Shown: in pieces, positions 49,012 through 57,908 of the stretch
Numbering within the stretch: the first letter of the stretch is position 1
Layout: the number at the start of each line of letters is the position of its first letter
Assembly: GCA_043805855.1 (NCBI GenBank)
Contig: JAZDHP010000005.1
Coordinates: 1,132-65,131 of the forward strand
Reading direction: 5' to 3'
From: Candidatus Micrarchaeota archaeon
GTDB lineage: Archaea; Micrarchaeota; Micrarchaeia; Norongarragalinales; UBA8480
DNA length: 64,000 nucleotides
The notes under the pieces: generated by a model
The model's database searches: none
What the model saw: the letters and a program-made list of their open reading frames with translations, nothing else
Told to the model about the DNA's origin: nothing
Made by a program: the position numbers and the translations under genes

Positions 49012-49719
49012 ATGGAAGAAGAAACCCAATTGCAAATCACCCAAGAGAATCTAAACTTAGAAACGCTAGTCCTGGAACCAACTTGGCGCGAAATTTTACT
49101 CGAATTAGTTCGCACTAACCAAATGAACCCATGGGACCTTGACCTTGTTCTAATCGCTGACAGTTATTTACAAAAAGTACGCGAAATAGCTTCAATTGAC
49201 TTACGCCTACCGGCAAATGTTATACTTGCAACTTCCCTACTCCTACGTTTCAAGGCAGACGCGCTTTCACTAGAGGAAACAGTGCAAGATGAATTGTTCG
49301 TCGAGGAAACTACACCGCGGGAATTAATCCAAGAAGAGATACCGCAACTAATCTTACGCACGAACAACGCACGTAGCCGCAAAGTAACTCTCTCTGAATT
49401 GCTAAGCGCAGTTGAAGAAGTAATCAACAGTACAAACACAACGCAACTAATGTTGCCTGTCCCAAAGATACTTGAACTTGAATTGCCAAAAGAAGACTTA
49501 CACGAGTTAATTAAAAAAATATACGCGCTGGCAAACGAGTTGAAAGACGAAAATGGAACAACTTTATTTTCTTCACTGCTTGACCCAATTCTATTACAAC
49601 GAAACAAAGGCCACCACGTTGCAAGCCGGCTAATTCCCCTCCTCCATTTAGTGCAAGAGAGAAAGGCAGACGTGTGGCAAGAACAAATGTTCGGCGAAAT
49701 TAAGATTAAAGTACTGTAG
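49012..49719 (+). CDS. scpA: Segregation and condensation protein A (kleisin ScpA)-like
   Basis: 235 aa. The N-terminus EPTWREILLELVRTNQMNPWDLDLVLIADSYLQKVREIASIDLRLPANVILATSLLLRFKADAL matches the ScpA N-domain pattern (PLDLLL.LI....LDI..I.I..I.DQYL.Y........L..A..YLVMAA.L..IKS..L). Confidence 0.65.
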   Translation: MEEETQLQITQENLNLETLVLEPTWREILLELVRTNQMNPWDLDLVLIADSYLQKVREIASIDLRLPANVILATSLLLRFKADALSLEETVQDELFVEETTPRELIQEEIPQLILRTNNARSRKVTLSELLSAVEEVINSTNTTQLMLPVPKILELELPKEDLHELIKKIYALANELKDENGTTLFSSLLDPILLQRNKGHHVASRLIPLLHLVQERKADVWQEQMFGEIKIKVL

Positions 49720-49766
49720 AAAAAGCCACAAAGCATTTTTATAAACTGCTCCTCTTATTTTAAAGT

Positions 49767-50951
49767 ATGGCAACTGTTGAAACTCCTGAAAGTAGATTTT
49801 TTGCGCCGATGTCTAGGCATGGTTGGCTTCCTGGCGCGTTTAAAACCGCGATTCATCGCGATCTTGGCAAAAAGCCGGAAACGGCACAAACGCTACGCGA
49901 AATTGGCAACCACTTTGTAACAATAAGCAACGTACAACTCGCCAAACCAGCAATTGAACAAGCAACCCAAACGCTCAAAACACACGGCGCACAAAAAGCA
50001 CTACAACACTTATTGAGAGAAGCTAAGCGTATTGCAACTGAATCACAACCTGTTGCTCCGAAAAGAGTTCTGCGTCCTCCAAAACCCCCGGCTTCTTCAA
50101 GCGCAACTGGAGAAAGATTATCACAAGACCCTGCGGTACCAATAGCCGAAAGCGACATAGTTGAAGCTACTTCTATTCCAATTCCACGCGGTCCACCTAG
50201 ACCTGGAGAAAAACCGCCCGCGCCTGACCGCGCTTTAAAAGTACCGCAACGCGCTTTTGACGAACGCTTACTTTCGTTCAGAATTTCTGCAATTGACCAC
50301 CAAACTCTTCAAGGCGCATTGCCAAAGCAGTTACTTGAAGAAATTATAAAAGAGGATATAACAGGTTTTAGATTAAAGAACATCGCAGACAATGTACGCA
50401 GGGCAACAACCGCCACTCCTTTAATTGAACGTAGCTTTAGAACCACACTAGGCGCAGTTGTTTTGCGAACAGAAACTTTAAAGACACCTGCAGAAAAGCT
50501 TACGCACTTAAAACAACAAATTGAAACTCTAGCAACTTGGGCACAGCACTATGCAGATAACAGAAAAATTCACCCGTACGCACTTGATGCGCTCACACAA
50601 GCACATGGAAAGAGACTCGGCTCAAAAACACACGTTACGCCAGAAACACTTGCAAGTGACTTACAAGCAGATGGACTGAAATACAACTGCGTTTCAGAAC
50701 CAGGCACTGAAAGTATCTTAATCTCACCAAACTCAATCAAAGCCAGACGGAACAAAACTTCTCTAATCGCTGCAGTTGTAGGCGAATTTGACCCAACGCA
50801 CTTTAATGCAACTCCGTATATGCTTAATTCAGACAAACTAATAGTTCTCCCAAGAACAGAACAAGCTAGAAAATTCTTAAGAGCAATTCCAAGACAGCCA
50901 ACCTGGAGAGAAAAACTAGCAAAAATCTTTACACGCAAAAAGAAAAAGTGA
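49767..50951 (+). CDS. Paralog family B member 3
   Basis: 394 aa. MSRHGWLPGAFKTAIHRDL...TLREIGNHFVTISNVQLAKP...THGAQKALQHLL, Pro-rich linker, C-terminal FDPTHF. Confidence 0.7.
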   Translation: MATVETPESRFFAPMSRHGWLPGAFKTAIHRDLGKKPETAQTLREIGNHFVTISNVQLAKPAIEQATQTLKTHGAQKALQHLLREAKRIATESQPVAPKRVLRPPKPPASSSATGERLSQDPAVPIAESDIVEATSIPIPRGPPRPGEKPPAPDRALKVPQRAFDERLLSFRISAIDHQTLQGALPKQLLEEIIKEDITGFRLKNIADNVRRATTATPLIERSFRTTLGAVVLRTETLKTPAEKLTHLKQQIETLATWAQHYADNRKIHPYALDALTQAHGKRLGSKTHVTPETLASDLQADGLKYNCVSEPGTESILISPNSIKARRNKTSLIAAVVGEFDPTHFNATPYMLNSDKLIVLPRTEQARKFLRAIPRQPTWREKLAKIFTRKKKK

Positions 50952-50969
50952 ATTTACAAACGATTTAAT

Positions 50970-51509
50970 ATGCCAAAAATATTATCTGAGAAGACAACCC
51001 ACGTCGGTAAACTTTTCCACGTGAAGCAAGTTAAGCTGCGATTTCCTAGTGGCGAGTACCTCCATGAGTATACTGATTCCAACACGAGAAAAAGCGCCAT
51101 GATAGTTCCCGTTGATGACAATGGAAAAATAATTTTAATAGAAACTTATTGCACCGCGATGAAAAAGCGAGAGTTAATGTGTCCAGTTGGACTAATTGAA
51201 AAAAGCGAAACTGCGGCTCAAGCCGCGCGGCGCGAGTGTCAAGAAGAAATTGGCTTTCTACCGCGAACATTGCAACACATCGGCGCAGTTGAAACTTCTC
51301 CTAGTTACATTGTGCACACGAGCGAGTTGTTCATTGGAACACAATTAGTTCCTAGCAAGCTAGAGGGAGACGAGCCTGAAGAAATGAAAATCGTGCGCGT
51401 TTCGTGGAAGCAAATTGCACAGTTGATAAAGAAAAAGAAAATCCAATACGCAACAACAATAGCAGCGCTGCTAATGGCGGAAAAAATATTAAAGCGAAAT
51501 ACAAAATGA
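50970..51509 (+). CDS. NUDIX hydrolase
   Basis: 179 aa. Nudix box GLIEKSETAAQAARRECQEEIGF (Gx5Ex7REuxEExGu). Confidence 0.75.
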   Translation: MPKILSEKTTHVGKLFHVKQVKLRFPSGEYLHEYTDSNTRKSAMIVPVDDNGKIILIETYCTAMKKRELMCPVGLIEKSETAAQAARRECQEEIGFLPRTLQHIGAVETSPSYIVHTSELFIGTQLVPSKLEGDEPEEMKIVRVSWKQIAQLIKKKKIQYATTIAALLMAEKILKRNTK

Positions 51510-51524
51510 GGTGACTAAGCTTGT

Positions 51525-51806
51525 ATGAAACTATATAAAATTAGAATTATTAAGCAGGACGAAAGAGGAATAATTTATGATTGTGGCAAGTCGCGTTTTA
51601 TTTCTCGAAAGAAAAATACAGTTAGCGCCAATCATAAACACAAAGATTCTGAAATCGGGTATCTAGTTAAAGGAGAAGTGGAATTAACAATTGGCAATGA
51701 GACAAAAATTATCAAAGCGCCAATAAGGTTCAAAATGGGCGCCAATATTTACCATAAACTAGTTGCGCTAAGCGATATAGAGATCGTTATTGAACGGAAC
51801 TACTGA
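51525..51806 (+). CDS. Small beta-rich (cupin-like?) protein
   Basis: 93 aa. No diagnostic motif. Call is by size and composition only. Confidence 0.25.
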   Translation: MKLYKIRIIKQDERGIIYDCGKSRFISRKKNTVSANHKHKDSEIGYLVKGEVELTIGNETKIIKAPIRFKMGANIYHKLVALSDIEIVIERNY

Positions 51807-51971
51807 GTTTTCAGAAAAAATTAGCTAAACAGCTATCTATACCTGGATGAGCAAGCAAAAGCTCACACTGACTAATTTTTAAAAATAATTCGAAAAAAGT
51901 TTTTAAGGCACAAAACCTAGTGCCTACGTTTAACCACTATATTTAAATATAAGTAGGCACCATGTTTAGCT

Positions 51972-52892
51972 ATGGCATTTGTTCGGAGAAAGAAAAAGGG
52001 GAACACTTTCTTTTATGAATTAGTTGAAAATACGTGGGAAAAGGGAAAAACAAAACAAAAGGTAGTACAATATTTCCCTACACTGGAAGCGGCTAATCTT
52101 TATTGCGAGCAAAGGGGAATACACAAACTAGAAACAAAGCTACTAATTTCACCACACTTAGAAAAACAATTAAACGAAAATTTAGATATCCTAAACAAAG
52201 CGAGGCCGTTGCCAGAAAGTACCCTTAAGAACTTGAAGGACATTTTTGAAATCGAAATAACATATAACTCCAATGCAATCGAGGGAAATAGGTTAACGCT
52301 TCGAGAAACTTGGCTCGTTATTAGAAAGGGAATGACAATCGGCGGTAAAACTGTTGAAGAACACCTGGAAGCAAAAAATCACGCTGAAGCACTTGAATTT
52401 TTGTACGAATTAGTTGACAAGGGAAGAGAAATTAAAGAAAATGACGTTTTACAGTTGCATAAGCTAGTGCTTGACAAAATTAGTTCAGAGTACGCTGGAA
52501 AATACCGAGACAGGCAAGTTTTCATTTCAGGCGCAACGCATATTCCCCCTGCGGCTTCTGAAGTTCCTAAGCTAATGAAACAAGTTATTATTGAACTGAA
52601 CAATCGCGACAAAAAAACAAAGGCAGTTATTTCAGCATCTAAAGTACATTACTTAACAACTAAAATTCACCCGTTTATTGATGGCAACGGGAGAGTAGCG
52701 AGGCTGTTGCTAAACTTGCGCTTAATGCGCGCAGGGTTTCCGCCAGTTGTATTACACAAAACTGAGAGAAGGAGTTACTACTCTGCACTTGAAAAAGCCG
52801 ACGATGGCGACTTATACCCAATAACAACCTTAATAGCAAAGAACATAGAAAAATCACTAGAAACTTACCTAAGTGCACTGGAAAAAAAGTAA
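51972..52892 (+). CDS. Fic/Doc family protein (AMPylation-type Fido domain)
   Basis: 306 aa. Canonical Fic motif HPFIDGNGRVARLLLNL (HPFx[DE]GNGR). Confidence 0.8.
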   Translation: MAFVRRKKKGNTFFYELVENTWEKGKTKQKVVQYFPTLEAANLYCEQRGIHKLETKLLISPHLEKQLNENLDILNKARPLPESTLKNLKDIFEIEITYNSNAIEGNRLTLRETWLVIRKGMTIGGKTVEEHLEAKNHAEALEFLYELVDKGREIKENDVLQLHKLVLDKISSEYAGKYRDRQVFISGATHIPPAASEVPKLMKQVIIELNNRDKKTKAVISASKVHYLTTKIHPFIDGNGRVARLLLNLRLMRAGFPPVVLHKTERRSYYSALEKADDGDLYPITTLIAKNIEKSLETYLSALEKK

Positions 52893-52913
52893 AATAAAGT
52901 GAAAAAATAAAAA

Positions 52914-53621
52914 ATGGCAAAAGTTGTACTTGTTTGGAACGAGCACCCGACAGAAGTAGTTGCGGGTTTCCACGCGAGGAAAGTTGCTGAAATTCTGCGC
53001 GAAAAATATGGACACGAAGTTATACTAGAAAAGATTCCAGTAAGCGAAACGAATTATGGAATAATCCGAGACGAACCTAGTCCAAAAGTTGCAGCAGAGC
53101 GTCTAGCAAAACTTAAAGGCTCAAGTTTAATTGCAGAGGACTACGCTAGAAAATACGGCGCGCCTGCATTTAACTTTCATGCATCACCCACTATGGCTCA
53201 AGGACAATCTGGCAGAAAACCGGCGTGGCGGTTTAAAGTGGGCAAAACAGACCCAACTAAAAGAACCTGGACTCAACATGAAATTGACTTTTTACCTTGG
53301 AAACAAGGAACTGTAATCGAATTACCTGGAGAGTTATACGCCTCAGGCGCGGGCTCCCTTGGAAGAATGGAAGTAAAACGAACAAGAGTTGAAGATGAAG
53401 CGAAAAAACTTCAAGGAGATGCTAAGATAGTTGCAGAAATGGCAAGTCAAATTAACTACGTTAGTTTGTCAATGCCGTTGCATGAAGAAACGCAAAAGAA
53501 GTATTTATCGCCAATAATTTCCCGCAAAATAGCGGCGGCCATTCATAAACAAGTTACCGGGGAGAAATGGTTCCACATTGGGAGAAAATTGAAAAGAGTT
53601 ATAAACCGTAATCGAGTCTGA
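52914..53621 (+). CDS. Paralog family A member 3
   Basis: 235 aa. The first ~150 nt are about 95% identical to member 4, 5 nt downstream. The middle is unrelated. C-terminal KKYLSPIISRKIAAAIHKQV. Confidence 0.7.
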   Translation: MAKVVLVWNEHPTEVVAGFHARKVAEILREKYGHEVILEKIPVSETNYGIIRDEPSPKVAAERLAKLKGSSLIAEDYARKYGAPAFNFHASPTMAQGQSGRKPAWRFKVGKTDPTKRTWTQHEIDFLPWKQGTVIELPGELYASGAGSLGRMEVKRTRVEDEAKKLQGDAKIVAEMASQINYVSLSMPLHEETQKKYLSPIISRKIAAAIHKQVTGEKWFHIGRKLKRVINRNRV

Positions 53622-53626
53622 AAAAC

Positions 53627-54319
53627 ATGGCAAAAGTAGTACTTGTTTGGAACGAGCACCCGACAGAAGTAGTTGCGGGTTTCCACGCGAGGAAAGTTGC
53701 TGCGATTCTGCGCGAAAAATATGGACACGAAGTTGTATTAGAAAAAATCCCAGTAAAAGAAACTAACTATGGAATTGCTACAGCTTTAGATTCCGGAACA
53801 TCAGCACTAAATATAGCTGCTAAAATAGATAAATTAAAACCATCCATACAAAGGGCTCGAGAACTTGCAGAAAAGCACAGTGCAGTTGTATTCAATTTTC
53901 ACGCAGCTGAATCTGCTAGAATGGCAGACGCAGATAAGAAAGAACCAAAAGAATTTCGCGTTATGAATATTAAAGATAGCGAAGAACATTATCCCGCAGA
54001 AATCACAATACAAGCCAAAGATAGAGAACAAAAACACCACGTAATCGAATTACCAGGAATACAAATAAATTTGCCAACTAAAAAAAGAGAAAAGGCACTT
54101 GAACGAATTAGAAAAATTCTAGAAGCTGCAAAACACTTAAAAAGATCAGACCCCGTAGAGAAATACATTACACAAGTAAGGCTTAATGTCGAACTACACG
54201 AATACTATCACGCGCAAAGAATGGCAGTAACCGATTCAGCACAAAAAAAATACCTTTCGCCAGCAATTTCTGAAAAAATCGCAGCCGCAATCCACGAACG
54301 AATAACAAGACAGCGCTAG
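53627..54319 (+). CDS. Paralog family A member 4
   Basis: 230 aa. Tandem with member 3. C-terminal KKYLSPAISEKIAAAIHERI. Confidence 0.7.
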   Translation: MAKVVLVWNEHPTEVVAGFHARKVAAILREKYGHEVVLEKIPVKETNYGIATALDSGTSALNIAAKIDKLKPSIQRARELAEKHSAVVFNFHAAESARMADADKKEPKEFRVMNIKDSEEHYPAEITIQAKDREQKHHVIELPGIQINLPTKKREKALERIRKILEAAKHLKRSDPVEKYITQVRLNVELHEYYHAQRMAVTDSAQKKYLSPAISEKIAAAIHERITRQR

Positions 54320-54705
54320 CGCTAATCTAATTCTAAATTAAAATAAAAAGTTTCGAAAAAAGTTTTTAAGGCTGATATTTAACGAGCTGTTAAGCAGGAT
54401 TAGAGGGAAGAGAAAAGCCAGTATTAATAATAATTTTGGCAATGGCAGTGTAGATATTACTATGTTTTTTGTATTGACCTTTAGTGACCGTTAGCTCGCC
54501 ACTCGCCCTTACGGGCTCGCGGTTTACACTTCGATTCTATCAAACCCATCTGCTATGGGCGGTCTAAGCTGGCTCGTTTTAGGATTGACTTCGTCCTTAG
54601 ATGCTTTCAGGACTTATCCAAATAGCGCGTGGCTACGCTGCGTGCCGTTTAAATCCAATTGACAACAGCTTAACTAGCGGCGCCGATTCCCCGTTCCTCT
54701 CGTAC

Positions 54706-55404
54706 TTAGGGAGTCTTACCCTCAGCCAGCAATGCACTTCTAGGAGATGCCACCGAACTGTCTTTGTCGCCTTTCTTAACAGCTTTCAACAATTCAAAAC
54801 GTAAAATCTTGTCATTATGACAAGAACCAACAAAATTATAGAATTTCAAAACTTCAGCACTTCCATGAATAATCAAGGCATACATCTTTACAGAAGTGCC
54901 TTTTTTCACGTAAGGGCCGCATACGCGGCCACACTTGATTCCAAAATTCAATATTATTTTTCTTATTTCTTCAAGAACACCTTTATTGGCCTGAGCGAGG
55001 TAAATTCGAATGTTTGCTTCAGGAACTATTCCCATTTTTTCAAAAGAGTTTATACTTCCTTCAGCGTCGAAAAAACCTTTAACATAAGCTGCTTTTACTT
55101 CTTGCGAACCACAATAAATCCAACTTGGAGTTAACCAAGTAGCTTGATCGCCCGTAAATTCAGCTAATTTTGAAAGTTTTTGAAAAACTTCCTTTGATGT
55201 TATACTCAAGCACCAGACACCATGTCTCTTGTCAAGATAAAAACTTGGTTTTTTGTTAAAATTATTTATTATAATTCTAGAAAGAACCTCAAGCCATTCT
55301 TTATTTTTTTGATAAAGCCGAATGCGATAAATTCCTTCTTTAGGAACGATGGAAAAACTTCCATCTCGCAGTGTCCCAATCAAATAAGCTACTTCTTTAT
55401 TCAT
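54706..55404 (-). CDS. LAGLIDADG homing endonuclease (intron-encoded, double-motif)
   Basis: 232 aa. YLIGTLRDGS and KGFFDAEGSI motifs. C-terminus reads into the downstream exon. Confidence 0.75.
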   Translation of the reverse strand: MNKEVAYLIGTLRDGSFSIVPKEGIYRIRLYQKNKEWLEVLSRIIINNFNKKPSFYLDKRHGVWCLSITSKEVFQKLSKLAEFTGDQATWLTPSWIYCGSQEVKAAYVKGFFDAEGSINSFEKMGIVPEANIRIYLAQANKGVLEEIRKIILNFGIKCGRVCGPYVKKGTSVKMYALIIHGSAEVLKFYNFVGSCHNDKILRFELLKAVKKGDKDSSVASPRSALLAEGKTP

Positions 55405-55493
55405 AGCTTGAGAACGGATTTTTAGTTTTTAAATCTTAAGCGACACGTGCTTGCCGGTGTTCCAGTGAATTGTTTACTTTTTGCTAAGAGAGG
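54768..55493 (-). mobile_element. 23S intron 1 (rRNA 3'-proximal) carrying a LAGLIDADG homing endonuclease ORF
   Basis: Conserved block GGGTTCAGAACGTCGCGA is interrupted (E. coli ~2595 region) and resumes at GACAGTTCGGTG. Boundaries +/-10 nt. Confidence 0.6.
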
Positions 55494-55651
55494 TCGCGAC
55501 GTTCTGAACCCAACTAACGTGACTTTTTAATGGATGAACAACCCAACCCTTGGTGGCTCCTGCACCACCAGGATAAGTCGAGCCGATAGCGATGTACCAA
55601 ACCGCGCCGTCGATATATTCAATCGAAAACACCTTTGCAGATGTTTTATCA

Positions 55652-56600
55652 AAACCGCAGAAGAAAAATAAATTCACTTCCGGATTCTGAAACGAACAAA
55701 CGGAGCCTACGAGTCGTATGGTTCAAATGTTCTTGCGTTTCTCCCTTTTTTACAAAGTTAACACTGATCTGAAAAAGCCACTAACAATTAAATTAATTCC
55801 TAGTTGCAATTCTATCTAGTGCAACTTTGCCAAGGAAAAACGAAGACTTTGAATAAACTCGTTGGTTCTATTGCCGAATGTTCATGAAAAATGAACTCTC
55901 GGGCGCGACGAGCCTGTATAGAGTTTTCGATTTCAATTCATCACTAGCAAATTAAAATAATTTGTTTAAAGCATTTAGCTTTTCTGGATGCTCGATGCCA
56001 ATACAATCGCGAAAACGTGCAATGTTCTGCACGCCGCGTATGTTTAGCTGCCCAATGTCTCTGGAATTAGTTATCTTGTTAGAAACTATTCCAAAACTTT
56101 CAAGCATCTGCGCTATAAGCGCAAGTTTCAACGTGTCTTTTTGGTATATTTCAATTCTATAAGACGTTCCAGGTTTTCTTTTTGGAACGCTCCCCTCTGC
56201 GTCGAAAAATCCCCTTATGAAATGTGCTTTCACTTGAAGATCTTCATCCAACAGAGAAGGTAGATTTTGCATTGCGTTTTTTATTTCAAAAAACGCTTGC
56301 TTTGAATATATCCTTACTCGATAAAGTTCGCCTTTTGCCTCGCGTTTTCTAACTTTTGTATATTTGCCATAGACTTTTTCAAATCTAGGTAAAATAGAAT
56401 TAGCGAGCCAAGCGGCTACTTTCTGCTCATACTCAATACAATATTCCCCTCTTGCCTTGCATTGATACAAACAACCATCACCAAAAGCGCCTAGTAAATA
56501 GGCGAAATCTTGATTCATATTGATTGCAAGGAAATGTTGAATTTAAAGCTTGAGCTACACGTCGTTGCCAGTGATTTTGCGAATTGAAAACGAAATTACC
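55652..56600 (-). mobile_element. 23S intron 2 carrying a LAGLIDADG ORF. Inserted after GCTACCCTGGGGGTAA (the I-CreI/I-DmoI-type region of domain V).
   Basis: The exon sequence GGGGAUAACAGG is broken after GGGGGTAA at ~56600 and homology resumes near 55650 (..ATATCGACGGCGCGGTTTGGTACATCGCTATCGGCTC). Boundaries +/-25 nt. Confidence 0.55.
55952..56518 (-). CDS. LAGLIDADG homing endonuclease (intron-encoded)
   Basis: 188 aa. YLLGAFGDGC and RGFFDAEGSV motifs. Confidence 0.75.
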   Translation of the reverse strand: MNQDFAYLLGAFGDGCLYQCKARGEYCIEYEQKVAAWLANSILPRFEKVYGKYTKVRKREAKGELYRVRIYSKQAFFEIKNAMQNLPSLLDEDLQVKAHFIRGFFDAEGSVPKRKPGTSYRIEIYQKDTLKLALIAQMLESFGIVSNKITNSRDIGQLNIRGVQNIARFRDCIGIEHPEKLNALNKLF

Positions 56601-56811
56601 CCCAGGGTAGCTTGTCTGTCAGAAAGGACTCCCATTAACGGAGATGCCTTTGTTCGTTAAGCCCCACTTTCGTGTCTGCGTTCCATTTTGTTAAGAACAC
56701 AGTCAGGCCAGCATTTGTCTTTAACCCTCTACAGCGGATTTCTAACCCGCTTGAGCTGACCATTAGGCGCCTTTGTTATTTTTTCGAAGGCGTACCGCTT
56801 ACTGGCTTTCC

Positions 56812-57590
56812 ATAGCAAGCAAAAGTCCATAAAAAATATTTTACTTAACGAAGCAAATGCTTCGTTAAGGCCTTACACCTTTTAAGGTGTAAGTTAACCG
56901 GCACGGAGGTGTCGGTTAAAGTTTAAAAGCAACTAACTTCATCTCTTTGGTCGATGGATGAAAATTTAGCTACGCTTATTGGCATGTTATTGTCAGATGG
57001 ATCTGTATATTTCGACAAATCCAAGGGAACCTATTGTATTCAGTTCACTAACAAAAACAGCCAAATGCTTGAGTATTTCAAATTTTTAGTTCTCCAATGT
57101 TTTGGACGGCGCAATTTTCACATTAATAAATGTAAAAACGCGGTTTCTGTTCGCTTCTTCTCTAAAGGAATTGCTGAATTTCTTTTTACATTTTCTCCAT
57201 CTTTCAGAACCTTGCGGTTTAAAAATGGAACGTATCCAGAAACTAGAATTCCAAAAGAAGTGTTTGCTGAACAAAAATTCGCCGTTGCATTTCTACGCGC
57301 TTATGCGTCTTGCGATGGATGTATTTATTCCAACGAAAGTCACAACGCAGTTATAGAAATTGCATGCGTTCATCCTAAATTGAAACAGCAACTTTTTGAG
57401 TTACTTGAAACTCTCGGAATCGAAAGTTTAGTAACTGCAAAAGGAATTCGAATTTATCGTAGAAGCGAAGTTGAAAAATTCGCAACTACAATTCGTTTCC
57501 TTCCAGAAAGTACCGTTGTTCAATCTAGTTCTCCTAACTTAGGAAAACTAAAGAATGAAATTTTGGACTCTTGTTTATCTTGCCACAAGA
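56812..57590 (-). mobile_element. 23S intron 3. Its homing endonuclease ORF is on the plus strand, antisense to the rRNA.
   Basis: Exon homology (GGTGGATAGTTTGACTGGG, ~E. coli 2235-2255) stops near 57590 and resumes near 56810 (GAAAGCCAGTAAGCGGTACGCC). The rRNA-3' side of the intron carries the 60-nt element shared with the 16S ORF-less intron. Confidence 0.5.
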
Positions 57591-57619
57591 AAACACCCAG
57601 TCAAACTATCCACCTGTAG
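56954..57619 (+). CDS. LAGLIDADG homing endonuclease encoded antisense to the 23S rRNA
   Basis: 221 aa. LIGMLLSDGSVYF and LRAYASCDGCIY motifs. Last ~10 codons overlap the exon. Confidence 0.65.
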   Translation: MDENLATLIGMLLSDGSVYFDKSKGTYCIQFTNKNSQMLEYFKFLVLQCFGRRNFHINKCKNAVSVRFFSKGIAEFLFTFSPSFRTLRFKNGTYPETRIPKEVFAEQKFAVAFLRAYASCDGCIYSNESHNAVIEIACVHPKLKQQLFELLETLGIESLVTAKGIRIYRRSEVEKFATTIRFLPESTVVQSSSPNLGKLKNEILDSCLSCHKKTPSQTIHL

Positions 57620-57908
57620 CTGTTCCACTTCTTACATGAAGTGGTGAGATTCGCAGTCAAAGCAGAGCAGTGTTACACTTTCGCCTATTCGCACCCCGGA
57701 AGGTGCGACATAGCGGCTCCTGCTTACGCTGTGCAGTTTCAACCGTGAATCAACCACAGGCTATAGTTAAGCTCCATGGGGTCTTCGTTTCCCCCTAGAA
57801 GTTCCTGGCATGTTCACCAGGTAGTAAGTTCACCAGGTCCAAAGCAGGGACAGTGGGAGGCTCGTTACGCCATTCATGCGAGCCGCCAATTAAGCGGCGA
57901 GGTATTAC

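Noticed and set aside
54320-54460. Search for a 5S rRNA or additional tRNA downstream of 23S
   Set aside because: No sequence with 5S or tRNA-like conserved blocks could be recognised by eye. Left unannotated.
56954-57619. Possibility that the plus-strand LAGLIDADG ORF indicates the 23S is really on the plus strand here
   Set aside because: Flanking conserved 23S blocks (GGTGGATAGTTTGACTGGG upstream, GCTACCCTGGGGG downstream) are all in minus orientation and collinear. Only the ORF is inverted.
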